Shown here: positions 21,888 through 31,315 of the stretch, one piece after another
Layout of the letters: each line of letters opens with the position of its first letter
Position numbering within the stretch: the stretch's first letter is position 1
Assembly (NCBI GenBank): GCA_042568575.1
Contig: JBHPIO010000011.1
Location: 1-32,000 of the forward strand
Length of the DNA: 32,000 bases
Direction of reading: 5' to 3'
Source of the DNA: Patescibacteria group bacterium
Lineage (GTDB): Bacteria > Patescibacteriota > Gracilibacteria > UBA1369 > PNNO01
Position numbers and translations under genes: made by a program
Notes under the pieces: model-generated
What the model saw: the letters and a program-made list of their open reading frames with translations, nothing else
Told to the model about the DNA's origin: nothing
Database searches by the model: none

Positions 21888-22853
21888 ATGTCCAAGTTCC
21901 AAAAAGAATTCGAAAAAGCGCTTAAACTAATTAAGAAATCAAATGACATCTTGATTGTTTCTCACAAGAATCCCGATGGAGACACCGTTGGATCGAATCT
22001 TTCGTTGCGGCAAGTGCTTATTTCTGACTTTGGCAAAAATGTAACTTCAGCCTGCGTTGATCCCCTGCCAAATTCGTTGCTTTTCTTGGCTGACAGCAAC
22101 ATTTTTGAAAACAAAATCGATCCGAATAAACACGACCTTATCATTACTGTTGATGCAAGTAGCATTGATCAGCTGAAATTTGCGGAAATAGATGAGAGAC
22201 TTCTAAAGTCAGGGAAAGACATAATTAATATCGATCATCATCCTACTAATAAAAAGTTCGGAACTCTGAATATTGTTGATGAAAATGTTTCATGTGCAAC
22301 AGAGATTCTTTATTATTTTTTCGAATTTATAGGAGCGACAATCGCGCCAAATACAGCGACATATCTTCTTGCAGGTCTTTACAATGATACTGGAAGTTTC
22401 ATGCATTCAAATACAAGCCCATCAAGTTACAAGATGGCTTCTAAACTACTTGAAGCTGGTGCAGCTTTGCCTCGCATAGTGAAACACATGTTTAAAACAC
22501 AGTCAGTTGAGCAATTACGTTTATGGGGAAAAGTACTATCTAATGCGCGAATGAATAAGAAAGGAACTCTAGTTTCCAAGGTCACCAACAACGATTTTTA
22601 TGAAACAAATTCCAGTCCAAGGGATTTGATGGGAGTCATTAATTATTTGAATTCTGTTTCGCAAAGCAATTTGAGTGTGCTACTTTCCGAAGATATGAAA
22701 GGGCATGTAAAGGGTTCTATGCGCACAGTCAAAGATGATGTAGATGTAGCTTCTTTATGTGAGAAACTTGGAGGAGGAGGACACAAAAAAGCTGCTGGTT
22801 TTACAATCCCTGGTAAAATCGTAACTGAAGAAGTGTGGAGAATTGAGGAATAA
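21888..22853 (+). CDS. nrnA: DHH/DHHA1 phosphoesterase (NrnA-like nanoRNase / pAp phosphatase)
   Basis: ILIVSHKNPDGDTVGS, IITVDAS, NIDHHPTN (the DHH motif) and the C-terminal GGGGHKKAAGF (DHHA1) are present. Confidence 0.8.
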   Translation: MSKFQKEFEKALKLIKKSNDILIVSHKNPDGDTVGSNLSLRQVLISDFGKNVTSACVDPLPNSLLFLADSNIFENKIDPNKHDLIITVDASSIDQLKFAEIDERLLKSGKDIINIDHHPTNKKFGTLNIVDENVSCATEILYYFFEFIGATIAPNTATYLLAGLYNDTGSFMHSNTSPSSYKMASKLLEAGAALPRIVKHMFKTQSVEQLRLWGKVLSNARMNKKGTLVSKVTNNDFYETNSSPRDLMGVINYLNSVSQSNLSVLLSEDMKGHVKGSMRTVKDDVDVASLCEKLGGGGHKKAAGFTIPGKIVTEEVWRIEE

Positions 22854-22891
22854 CATGATATATTTGTCGAGAAGTCTCTTAAACAACTAAA

Positions 22892-23080
22892 ATGAGAAGT
22901 TCTTGCTATTGCAAAGGCATCATTATGATTGTTGCTGGCGTACTGTATTTGCTTGAAAGCTTACAGGTTATTCAGCTTGGCATAATGCCATACTGGCCAG
23001 TACTCTTTATCTTAATGGGTCTATTATGCCTTCTTCCTGATTGCCTGTGTGGAGCAGGTAATGGTCGTAGGAAAGATTAA
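22892..23080 (+). CDS. Small hydrophobic protein (62 aa), hypothetical
   Basis: Two hydrophobic helices and a Cys-rich C-terminus (LLCLLPDCLCG). No family recognised. Confidence 0.35.
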   Translation: MRSSCYCKGIIMIVAGVLYLLESLQVIQLGIMPYWPVLFILMGLLCLLPDCLCGAGNGRRKD

Positions 23081-23178
23081 CAACCAGGAGCACAATTTTA
23101 TTCCTATCAAACCTTCCACTAAGCAGGTGATGTTGCTATACTTCTAGCAATAAATATTTTTGAGTAACTTTTATTGTT

Positions 23179-24891
23179 ATGGCAGCAAAAAAACGACTGA
23201 ATGGTTCGCAAATATTATTTGAATGCCTTCTTGCTGAAGGTGTGGATACAGTCTTTGGGTATCCTGGCGGCGCCGTCCTCCCAATTTATGACACAATGCC
23301 GCAATACAAAAAAATCAGACACATTTTAGTAAGGCACGAGCAAGGCGCCGCCTTCGCAGCAGAGGGTTACGCCCGTGTCACAGGCAAACCCGGTGTTTGC
23401 TTCGCAACCTCGGGCCCCGGTGCAACAAACCTCGTAACTGGAATCGCAAACGCATACTTGGACTCCATTCCTGTCGTCTACTTCACAGGCCAAGTACCTC
23501 TTAGTGTTATCGGAACAGATGCCTTCCAGGAAATCGACATCGCCGGTATCAGCATCCCAATCACAAAACACAACTACCTCGTTGATGACGTGAAAGACCT
23601 AGCTCGAGTAATTAAAGAGGCATTCCACATTGCAACTCACGGAAGACCCGGCCCGGTTCTTATCGACCTACCTAAAGACGTTCAAGTCCATGAAACCGAA
23701 TTCGAGTATCCTAAAACAGTTAACCTTCCCGGATATAGACCTAAAACCGAGGGCTCCTCTAAACAAGTTAAAAGAGCAATCAGTACTATTGCAAAGGCAA
23801 AAAAGCCACTTATCATTGCTGGCCACGGAGTACTTCTAAGCGATGCATCAAAAGAATTCGTTGAATTCGTTGATAAATATCAAATCCCTGTGGTTAACAC
23901 AATCCTCGGCCTCGGATCAATCCCAGAAGATCATCCGCTGGCACTTGGAATGCTTGGTATGCACGGTCACGCTGTTTGTAACTACGCTACCCATCATGCT
24001 GATCTCATTATCGGCCTCGGAGAACGTTTTGACGACAGAATCACCGGTGATCTCAAAACCTTTGCGAAAGGTGCTGACATCATCCACATCGACATCGATC
24101 CTGCAGAAATCGGCAAGAATACTCACGTTACTGTTCCCATCGTAGGTGACTGCAAAAAAGTACTTAAGTCATTCAATAAAGAAACTACAAAATCATCCAA
24201 AAGCAAATACTCAAAATGGATGAGCGAACTTACTAAATACACTGAAAAAACTGCTGCTTTCCAGGAAAGAAAACTCCGCACAAAAAGTCGAAAGGACTCA
24301 GATATTCCTCGTGTTGGGGAAGTAGTCCAGGCTATCCGCAAAGTTGCAGACAAGGATGCTATTTTCGTAACCGATGTCGGACAGCACCAAATGTTCGCAG
24401 CACAGAATTACCATTTCTCTCATCCAAATACTATTGTTACTTCTGGCGGACTGGGATCAATGGGTTTTGCCCTTCCCGCTGCTATGGGAGCGAAGTTAGC
24501 TAAACCTAACAAAGAAGTCTGGGTTATCTGTGGTGACGGAGGATTCCAAATGAACATTCAGGAACTTCAAACCCTTATTCAGGATAAAATCGATCTCAAA
24601 ATTGTCATTAGCAATAACGGATTCCTTGGCATGGTTCGACAATGGCAGGATCTTTTCTATAAGAAGCAGTATATCGGCACACCAATGACTGTGCCAAACA
24701 TTGAGAAACTCAGCGATGCATACGGTCACAAGTACGTTAAAGCAACTACAAAAGGTGAAATTCTTCCTGCTCTTGAGAAAGCAAAGAAAACTAAAGGAAC
24801 TGTTATTTGTGAATGCATTACTGAATCTGAGGAAAACGTATTCCCAATGGTTCCAAGCGGGAAATCCCTTGAAGACACATTAATCGGCTAA
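23179..24891 (+). CDS. ilvB: Acetolactate synthase (acetohydroxy-acid synthase) large catalytic subunit, ThDP-dependent
   Basis: 570 aa. GSQILFECLLAEGVDTVFGYPGGAVLPIYD, HEQGAAFAAEGYARVTGKPGVCFATSGPGATNLVTG and the ThDP motif GDGGFQMNIQELQT...NNG are present. Confidence 0.9.
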   Translation: MAAKKRLNGSQILFECLLAEGVDTVFGYPGGAVLPIYDTMPQYKKIRHILVRHEQGAAFAAEGYARVTGKPGVCFATSGPGATNLVTGIANAYLDSIPVVYFTGQVPLSVIGTDAFQEIDIAGISIPITKHNYLVDDVKDLARVIKEAFHIATHGRPGPVLIDLPKDVQVHETEFEYPKTVNLPGYRPKTEGSSKQVKRAISTIAKAKKPLIIAGHGVLLSDASKEFVEFVDKYQIPVVNTILGLGSIPEDHPLALGMLGMHGHAVCNYATHHADLIIGLGERFDDRITGDLKTFAKGADIIHIDIDPAEIGKNTHVTVPIVGDCKKVLKSFNKETTKSSKSKYSKWMSELTKYTEKTAAFQERKLRTKSRKDSDIPRVGEVVQAIRKVADKDAIFVTDVGQHQMFAAQNYHFSHPNTIVTSGGLGSMGFALPAAMGAKLAKPNKEVWVICGDGGFQMNIQELQTLIQDKIDLKIVISNNGFLGMVRQWQDLFYKKQYIGTPMTVPNIEKLSDAYGHKYVKATTKGEILPALEKAKKTKGTVICECITESEENVFPMVPSGKSLEDTLIG

Positions 24892-24902
24892 CATTACTTC
24901 CC

Positions 24903-25397
24903 ATGGCAATAACTGACGAAGACAAAAAATTCCTCGAAATTATTGATAGAGAAGAACCTAATGCAAACTGCCTGCGTGCAAACATAGCAGCAGCAATTGT
25001 TAAAGATGGAGAACTCCTCATAAAGCACTGTAACGACTGGCACCCTGAATATAACTGCAGCGAAATAGGATGCATCCGCAATGAAATGAAAGTTGAATCA
25101 GGTACTCGCCGCGAAATATGCTACGGTATATGTGCAGAACAATGGTGCCTTGCCCTTGCCGCAAAGCAAGGATTAAACGTTGAAGGCTCAACAATGTACT
25201 GCACAAAACATCCATGCCGGGTCTGCTCCAGTTTAATTGCCGAATCAGGCATTAAAAGAGTTGTCTTCCAAGAAGGTTACCCGGAAGTTGTCCCCCGTTT
25301 CAACATCCTTAAAGATCGAGGCATAATAGTCGAACAAGGTCCAAACATTGTTTACCCAGATGACGCACCGCCTGAACGAAAGATCTGGTCGGTTTAA
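24903..25397 (+). CDS. dCMP/cytidine deaminase-family zinc enzyme (ComEB-like)
   Basis: 164 aa. GICAEQWCLALAA (C-A-E in place of the usual H-A-E) and HPCRVCSSLIAESGIKRVVF (PCxxC) are present. Confidence 0.7.
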   Translation: MAITDEDKKFLEIIDREEPNANCLRANIAAAIVKDGELLIKHCNDWHPEYNCSEIGCIRNEMKVESGTRREICYGICAEQWCLALAAKQGLNVEGSTMYCTKHPCRVCSSLIAESGIKRVVFQEGYPEVVPRFNILKDRGIIVEQGPNIVYPDDAPPERKIWSV

Positions 25398-25410
25398 TAA
25401 TCATGTCCTT

Positions 25411-25860
25411 ATGAAAAGCAAAAGTCTAACACTATATAATGTTATTTTTCCTGTATTTGCAATATGGCTTATAATACCTCAAATATTTATATTAGTACTC
25501 CTCGGGAACTTAATTATTGATGGAGCTGTTATTTCACTTGGACTTTTTTTAAATAAGGCAAAAGTAAAAGTCAAAAAGACACTGGAGTTTATTTTGAAAG
25601 CATGGTTATTTGGACTTTTTGCTGACATTTGTGGAGCTTTACTTTTGTTCTTCATTCCTGTTGAGTCTATTAATATTTGGAATGATAAGCTTTCTCTTTT
25701 TGTACATGTAGGAGTAGTTTTACTTTTTGGATATATAATTTTTCTTTTCAATTATCACATGCTCAAAAAGCACAAACTCGAAGAAGGAATTTGTTTACAC
25801 GTAGCGCTTGGAATGGGAATTATAACCGCTCCTTGGTTTTTTCTTGTACCTTTATATTAA
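25411..25860 (+). CDS. Four-TM membrane protein, hypothetical
   Basis: The start is set to the ATG at 25411, which avoids overlap with the deaminase gene. Four hydrophobic segments. No family recognised. Confidence 0.45.
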   Translation: MKSKSLTLYNVIFPVFAIWLIIPQIFILVLLGNLIIDGAVISLGLFLNKAKVKVKKTLEFILKAWLFGLFADICGALLLFFIPVESINIWNDKLSLFVHVGVVLLFGYIIFLFNYHMLKKHKLEEGICLHVALGMGIITAPWFFLVPLY

Positions 25861-26588
25861 TAATCGAGAACCAACACATAGTCCCCTTCTTTCACTGAAT
25901 CCCAATCCATATCAAACACCTGACTCCAGTCTTTTTCCTCATAGTTGTTCAAAATTGGATCAATCGGACTTGCAAAATACCAAACGTGCACGCCAACAGG
26001 ATGTCCCGTTATTGAGCGAATAGACGCTGCATCAAGCGATCTAATTTCTGGATACAAATAATCAAAATCAACTAAATCCTCACGCACTTCTGGATTTTGA
26101 AGCTGTGGGATAACGTTGAAACGAAAACATCCAAGCACCTCTTTTGTAGATTTATCAATACTACATCCGTGAACTCTGCAATCATGCGGTCTTGATTCAT
26201 ATACTTCACATAATTTCTCATCATTCAAATAGGGGCAGTCATATTCCATCCCTCGCAAATGTGAGCCAAATTCATGCTGTTTTTTGTAGATCTCCTCTTT
26301 TGTTCCAACAAAAAATCGTTTTCCTTCAGAAAACGGGTTCTTATCTAGTTTATCCTTAATCTTGTTTGCTGCTTTCTGCATCAAACGACGCTGTTGACGA
26401 GACAATTCCTTAAGTCCCATACTCAAATAATGAGCTTCAATGAAAGAAACCGGAAAGAACTGCTCGCAACATTCGCTGCAACTTTCCTTACACGGAAGAA
26501 ACGATAACTTCTCGTATGTTTTGTGACAACGCTCACCAAGCTTAGCAAGTATCGCCTTATACTCCTCAATGTATCTCTCTTCAAGCAT
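25857..26588 (-). CDS. YkgJ/UPF0153-type Cys-cluster (CxxCxxCC) protein
   Basis: CKESCSECCEQFFPV and the second block CPYLNDEKLCEVYESRPHDCRVHG are characteristic of this family. Confidence 0.6.
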   Translation of the reverse strand: MLEERYIEEYKAILAKLGERCHKTYEKLSFLPCKESCSECCEQFFPVSFIEAHYLSMGLKELSRQQRRLMQKAANKIKDKLDKNPFSEGKRFFVGTKEEIYKKQHEFGSHLRGMEYDCPYLNDEKLCEVYESRPHDCRVHGCSIDKSTKEVLGCFRFNVIPQLQNPEVREDLVDFDYLYPEIRSLDAASIRSITGHPVGVHVWYFASPIDPILNNYEEKDWSQVFDMDWDSVKEGDYVLVLDY

Positions 26589-26593
26589 GGAGA

Positions 26594-28084
26594 TTATAAA
26601 TTCTGTAGGTAATTCACTAATAGTCTTACGCCGTATCCTGTTGCCATTGGCTGATCGAATGTTCGTGGTTTTTCAACGTACGCTGTTCCTGCTATGTCAA
26701 GATGCGCCCATTTTGCTTTACCAACAAATTCCTCCAGGAATGCCGCAGCTTTTGAAGTGCCAGCAAGGTAGTTAGATCCATTATCAATATTCCGTAGATC
26801 AGCAAGTTTTCCTTTAATAGTTTTTTTGTAATCTTTATGCAAAGGTAGCTCCCATAAAAGCTCGTCAGTTTCTTTACCGGCATTAATCAAATCATCTTTC
26901 AATTTCTCATCATTCCCCATTACTCCAGCATAATCTGTACCAAGAGCATACAAACAGGCGCCGGTTAACGTAGCTAAATCAATTGTATATTTCGGCTTAT
27001 ACTTCTCAATTCCATATGAAAGAGCGTCTGCAAGAATCATTCTTCCTTCCGCATCAGTATTTCGAACTTCTACAGTTTTGCCCGAATATGTTGTGACAAT
27101 ATCCGAAGGTTTTTGTGCTTTTGAATCAATTAGATTTTCAGTTAAAGGCACCATTCCAACTACTCTTTTCTTAATCCCAAGATCCTTCAAAACTTTAAAC
27201 ACACCAAGCACAACAGCACCACCGGCCATATCCTGCTGCATATCTTCAATATATTTTGTTGGCTTTAAATTATATCCTCCGCTATCAAAAATTACACCTT
27301 TACCAATAATCAAAATTGGTTCATTTGCATCAGACTTCTTTAGCCCTTCTGGATTGTAATCAAGGACAACAAGCTTTGCACTTTGATCTCCAGAACCTTT
27401 ATTTACACTTAAAAAAGATCCCATACCCATCTTTTCAAGAGCGGGTTTTTCAAGAACCGTTACCGAATATTTATTTTGCTTTGCAATCTTTTTAGCTTCT
27501 TTTGCAAAATACTCAACCGTTACAATATTTGGAGGACCATTAACAAGATCTCTCACCATATTGACTGACTCAACCATTTTTGAAACATTTTCAATCTTAT
27601 CTTTAACTGCCTTTGGGAAACTTTTTCCAACAAATTGAAGTCCCGTAAAAAGGTTTTCCTCAGCCTTTTTTGCATCTTTCCCCGTTTTGTATTTTGCTGG
27701 AGTGTAATTAACAAGCATAAGGCCTTCCACGATTTCTTGTACATACTTCTCCAAATCTTCAACAAGATAAAAGGCAACTTTATTATTTAGTTTATTCATA
27801 ATTTTCTTTGTAGCACCTGCAATTCCATCTCGCACATCATTTGATTCCAATTTTGATTTCTTCCCAAGTCCTACAAAATAAATCTTTTTTGGAAGCTTTT
27901 TCGATCCGGTTGTTACTGTTTCTATTTCACCACTTTTCCCGCTAAACAATTTAGCTTCTTTTAAATTCTTAATATATTTACGAAGATTAACATCATATGA
28001 TGAAAGTGTTTTTTGGTCTTCAAGAACCGGACAAATCAGTGCATCTGCCTGAGCATTCAGAGCTGGAGTGTAAGAGATTTTCAT
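26594..28084 (-). CDS. pepA: Leucyl aminopeptidase (M17)
   Basis: The NTDAEGRMILADAL signature, VIFDSGGYNLKP and DMAGGA are present. The start is set to the ATG at 28084 (MKISYTPAL...), which removes the overlap with the NUDIX gene. Confidence 0.88.
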   Translation of the reverse strand: MKISYTPALNAQADALICPVLEDQKTLSSYDVNLRKYIKNLKEAKLFSGKSGEIETVTTGSKKLPKKIYFVGLGKKSKLESNDVRDGIAGATKKIMNKLNNKVAFYLVEDLEKYVQEIVEGLMLVNYTPAKYKTGKDAKKAEENLFTGLQFVGKSFPKAVKDKIENVSKMVESVNMVRDLVNGPPNIVTVEYFAKEAKKIAKQNKYSVTVLEKPALEKMGMGSFLSVNKGSGDQSAKLVVLDYNPEGLKKSDANEPILIIGKGVIFDSGGYNLKPTKYIEDMQQDMAGGAVVLGVFKVLKDLGIKKRVVGMVPLTENLIDSKAQKPSDIVTTYSGKTVEVRNTDAEGRMILADALSYGIEKYKPKYTIDLATLTGACLYALGTDYAGVMGNDEKLKDDLINAGKETDELLWELPLHKDYKKTIKGKLADLRNIDNGSNYLAGTSKAAAFLEEFVGKAKWAHLDIAGTAYVEKPRTFDQPMATGYGVRLLVNYLQNL

Positions 28085-28136
28085 TTTTGGGATATATTTA
28101 AAAATATTGTGATAAATGTGCTTTACTAGACTAACT

Positions 28137-28559
28137 CTAACGAGCCAAAAATTCAAAGCCTTTTTTTAATATTTCTTTTCCATTCTCGAAAGTCATCTTT
28201 TCGTGTGCCTCTTCATATGAAAGCCACAGGAAATTCTTATGTTCATGAGATAGCGCCACATCTTGATCTGACGCTTCTACAAGGAAATATATGACATCCT
28301 TTGAAATCAATTTTTCTTTATGTTGGAAAAAATAGTGCATTTTTTCACGAAAACCTTCGTGAACTTTTCCATCTTTAATGTCTGTTTCTTCTTCTAACTC
28401 TCTTAAAGCGGTTTCAATTTCTGTCTCATCTTTTTCTACATGACCTTTTGGAAAATCCCAATGTCCTTCAGGATAATGAAGTAGCAAAAATTCATATCCA
28501 TCATCTTTTTTATGATAAACAACAGTTCCGCACGATTTTTCTTTAATAGTGGCAGCCAT
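28137..28559 (-). CDS. NUDIX hydrolase
   Basis: The Nudix box is GHVEKDETEIETALRELEEETDI. 140 aa. Confidence 0.8.
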   Translation of the reverse strand: MAATIKEKSCGTVVYHKKDDGYEFLLLHYPEGHWDFPKGHVEKDETEIETALRELEEETDIKDGKVHEGFREKMHYFFQHKEKLISKDVIYFLVEASDQDVALSHEHKNFLWLSYEEAHEKMTFENGKEILKKGFEFLAR

Positions 28560-28570
28560 TCAAATTTTAT

Positions 28571-29272
28571 TTAGAATTTTTCCCAATTAGTTTTTACAAG
28601 TGCATCTCTTGCTGCATCTTCTTCAGCTTTCTGCTTACTTGTTCCCTTTCCTTCTCCGACTTTTCTATCCCCAATGTACGCAGCCATCACAAACTGTTTA
28701 GAGTGATCCGGCCCCGATTCTGTAATCAACCGATACTCAGGGGTTGTATTTGCCTTTTCCTGAGCAAGTTCCTGAAAGTGAGATTTCGCATCAATATGAA
28801 GTCCAGCTTCAAGAATCTCCTCTAATCGCTGAAGGATATGTTCGTCAATAAATTCGTGTGAAACTCTATACCCCTTATCTAAATACAAAGCTCCTATAAT
28901 CGCCTCAAGAGTATTTGCCAGGATGTAATTTTTCTTCCTTCCACCCGACTTTTCTTCTCCCTTACTCAAAAACAGATACTTTCCCAAATCAAGATCAGTA
29001 GCTATCTCAGCTAAATGCTTTCCTTTAACAAGCGCAGAACGCCAGTTTGTAAGATCCCCCTCAGATTTATGAGGATATGTTTTGTATAGGAATTCAGTAA
29101 CTATGAGTTCCAAAACCGCATCTCCAAGAAACTCCAACCTTTCGTTATCTTCTTTTTCTTTTCCTTTATACTCGTTCATGTATGACTTATGAACGAAAGC
29201 CATATCAAGTAATTTCCTGTTTTCAAATGTTATTCCCAGTTTTTTTTCTAATCCTTCATAACGATTTTTCAT
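28571..29272 (-). CDS. rnc: Ribonuclease III
   Basis: The ERLEFLGDAVLELIVTEFLY signature and a C-terminal dsRBD (GPDHSKQF...GEGKGTSKQKAEEDAA) are present. Confidence 0.92.
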   Translation of the reverse strand: MKNRYEGLEKKLGITFENRKLLDMAFVHKSYMNEYKGKEKEDNERLEFLGDAVLELIVTEFLYKTYPHKSEGDLTNWRSALVKGKHLAEIATDLDLGKYLFLSKGEEKSGGRKKNYILANTLEAIIGALYLDKGYRVSHEFIDEHILQRLEEILEAGLHIDAKSHFQELAQEKANTTPEYRLITESGPDHSKQFVMAAYIGDRKVGEGKGTSKQKAEEDAARDALVKTNWEKF

Positions 29273-29709
29273 GATTTCTTTTTGTTAGTATGATTTGTCA
29301 TTACGGTGCTAAGTACTCCATTAATGAATTTCGGAGAATTAGTATCTCCATATACTTTTGCAATTTCAATCGCTTCGTTAATTGCAACAACAGGCGGGAT
29401 ATCACTTGAAAAAGCTATTTCGCACACACCAATTTCCAGAATTGCACGATCAACTGGAGCAATTTTATCCATTGGCCACTGTGGAGCATATTCCTGAATA
29501 ATCTTAGCAATTTTATCCTTCTTTTCAAGGACACATTTAAGCAAGGCCTCAGGAAAGGTCTTGTCTTCAATCTTTTTAGAAAGTTGGCGAATATTATAGG
29601 CAAGCATAGATGACGGATTCAAATCAGAAATGTCACAATTCTGAAGGAATTCGTATTCAAATATTGTTTGCATTACTGCAATCCTCGCAAGATGACGATA
29701 GCTTGCCAT
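29269..29709 (-). CDS. nusB: Transcription antitermination factor NusB
   Basis: 146 aa. ARIAVMQTIFEYEF, DRAILEIGVCEI and INEAIEIAKVYGDTNSPKFINGVL are present. There is a 4-nt overlap with rnc. Confidence 0.85.
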   Translation of the reverse strand: MASYRHLARIAVMQTIFEYEFLQNCDISDLNPSSMLAYNIRQLSKKIEDKTFPEALLKCVLEKKDKIAKIIQEYAPQWPMDKIAPVDRAILEIGVCEIAFSSDIPPVVAINEAIEIAKVYGDTNSPKFINGVLSTVMTNHTNKKKS

Positions 29710-29718
29710 ATTTTCAAG

Positions 29719-29958
29719 TTACGCTTTAACGGTAGTAATTTTTTTGACTTTCTTTTCAAGGTCGAGCACTTGTCTACCTTTGTATTTCCCACATGTTGGG
29801 CAAGCGTGATGTAACATCTTCTGAGCAGAACAATCAGGACATTTAATTAAATGTACACGGTTTTCAAGCTTCTTCCTTACGTTAGCCTGGAATTGACTGT
29901 AACGTCTTTTGGATCTTGCCGGAGATGTTTTCTTTTTAGGAACTGGATGCTTAGCCAT
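29719..29958 (-). CDS. rpmF: 50S ribosomal protein L32 (zinc-ribbon form)
   Basis: MAKHPVPKKKTSPARSKRR... plus CPDC...CPTCGKYKGRQV. Confidence 0.85.
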   Translation of the reverse strand: MAKHPVPKKKTSPARSKRRYSQFQANVRKKLENRVHLIKCPDCSAQKMLHHACPTCGKYKGRQVLDLEKKVKKITTVKA

Positions 29959-29961
29959 TTC

Positions 29962-30498
29962 TTATTTAGGTTTATAAAGATTTTTTAGAGCAGCTAAAGG
30001 TTTTTCTTCGGTTGGATGCTTATCACATGAACAGTTTTCCTCATTCAAATTCGCACCACAAGTTGGACACAAGCCTTTACAGCTCTTAGAGCATACTGGA
30101 ATAGTTTGAAAATGCAAGATTATTTCCTGTCTTAGGAAATCCTCGATATCTACAGTTAATGCTTTCTTATTCACGTAAAAGAGATCAAACATATCTGAAT
30201 CTTCCTTTTCACCCTCGGAGAAATACACCCTTTCTGTGCTTTCCATAGCTATTTTTTGAACAAATCCAGTAGTACATTTACTACATTCAACCTCAAGAGA
30301 AAGTTGCATATTTTCTATAAGCACATGTATCCCCTCCTGAACCTTCATTAAAGTTACATCAGCGGTAATTCTGGATTTTGGCTTTATATTATCTTCAAAT
30401 TTGATTGTATTTTCTTCATCAAATTTAAATTTATATTTCGTACCTTGATTCTCACGAATAAGGCTACCTATATCAAATATATATCCTGTTTGCTTCAT
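29962..30498 (-). CDS. yceD: YceD/DUF177 family protein
   Basis: 178 aa with the C-terminal CSKSCKGLCPTCGANLNEENCSC. It sits in the conserved position immediately upstream of rpmF. Confidence 0.8.
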   Translation of the reverse strand: MKQTGYIFDIGSLIRENQGTKYKFKFDEENTIKFEDNIKPKSRITADVTLMKVQEGIHVLIENMQLSLEVECSKCTTGFVQKIAMESTERVYFSEGEKEDSDMFDLFYVNKKALTVDIEDFLRQEIILHFQTIPVCSKSCKGLCPTCGANLNEENCSCDKHPTEEKPLAALKNLYKPK

Positions 30499-31187
30499 GA
30501 TCGTTGACTTAGAATTAATCTTAGAATAAAGATGAACAGATTGAAGATATCAAGGTACAAATGCATCGCTGCTTCGATATATCTGTCCTGTGGAAAACGT
30601 TTAATACGTTGAAAATCATACATTGTGTAGCCAGTAAACAGCAACACTCCAATACCAGCATAAATCATTTCGAAAGTACTTCCCCATGGAATAAAAATCC
30701 CAATCACACCAACAATAATCATCCCAATTAAAGAGACGAACAAAAATCCGCGCATTCCTTCAAGTGACTTTTTCGTTGTATATCCGATTACACCCGCAGC
30801 TGTAAACATCAAGAAAGTTGCAAGAAGTGCTTTGATAACAATTCCAATTCCACCAATAACAGTCGCCATTAACAAAAGTGGCGTAATCGTTATCCCTGTA
30901 AGTAAGGCGAAAAGCGAGAACAGAATATAATTGAGAGGACGGATCGTGCTCCATTTTCTGGATGTAAAAATAAGTGCAAGTTCAGCAATGAACACAACCC
31001 AAATCAAACTCTGATTTGCTATAAAAACCTCAAGGAGATAAGTAAAACCAAACCATACACCAACAGTCGAAACTAAAATTGCCAGTGCAAAACAAAACAT
31101 AACTCTTCCAAAAAAAGTTGGAGTGAATTCTTCGAGCCTTTGAGCGGCAACATCACTTCTTTGTGAAAAAGGATTTTGCTTTAACAT
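30495..31187 (-). CDS. BAX inhibitor-1/YccA family membrane protein
   Basis: 230 aa with 7 TM segments and the C-terminal AAMHLYLDIFNLFIFILRL pattern. Confidence 0.75.
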   Translation of the reverse strand: MLKQNPFSQRSDVAAQRLEEFTPTFFGRVMFCFALAILVSTVGVWFGFTYLLEVFIANQSLIWVVFIAELALIFTSRKWSTIRPLNYILFSLFALLTGITITPLLLMATVIGGIGIVIKALLATFLMFTAAGVIGYTTKKSLEGMRGFLFVSLIGMIIVGVIGIFIPWGSTFEMIYAGIGVLLFTGYTMYDFQRIKRFPQDRYIEAAMHLYLDIFNLFIFILRLILSQRS

Positions 31188-31315
31188 AACTTACGTATTT
31201 TATGATTAAAAATTGTGTTGGTATACTCCACCAAGAGCATCTAGCTTACCTAAACTACCATATTTTGTAAATGGGTGCTATAGTTCCGATAGTTTGTATC
31301 ATTAATGCATGACTT

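Noticed and set aside
23326-25081. Numerous 60-100-aa ORFs on both strands inside ilvB and the deaminase gene
   Set aside because: They are shadow ORFs expected in the locally G+C-richer sequence. ilvB is continuous and strongly recognisable.
31211-31233. Possible fourth copy of the CCACCA-ending repeat (ATTGTGTTGGTATACTCCACCA)
   Set aside because: Only the CTCCACCA tail and a few upstream bases match. This is too weak to distinguish from chance, and it is far from the tRNA-associated block.
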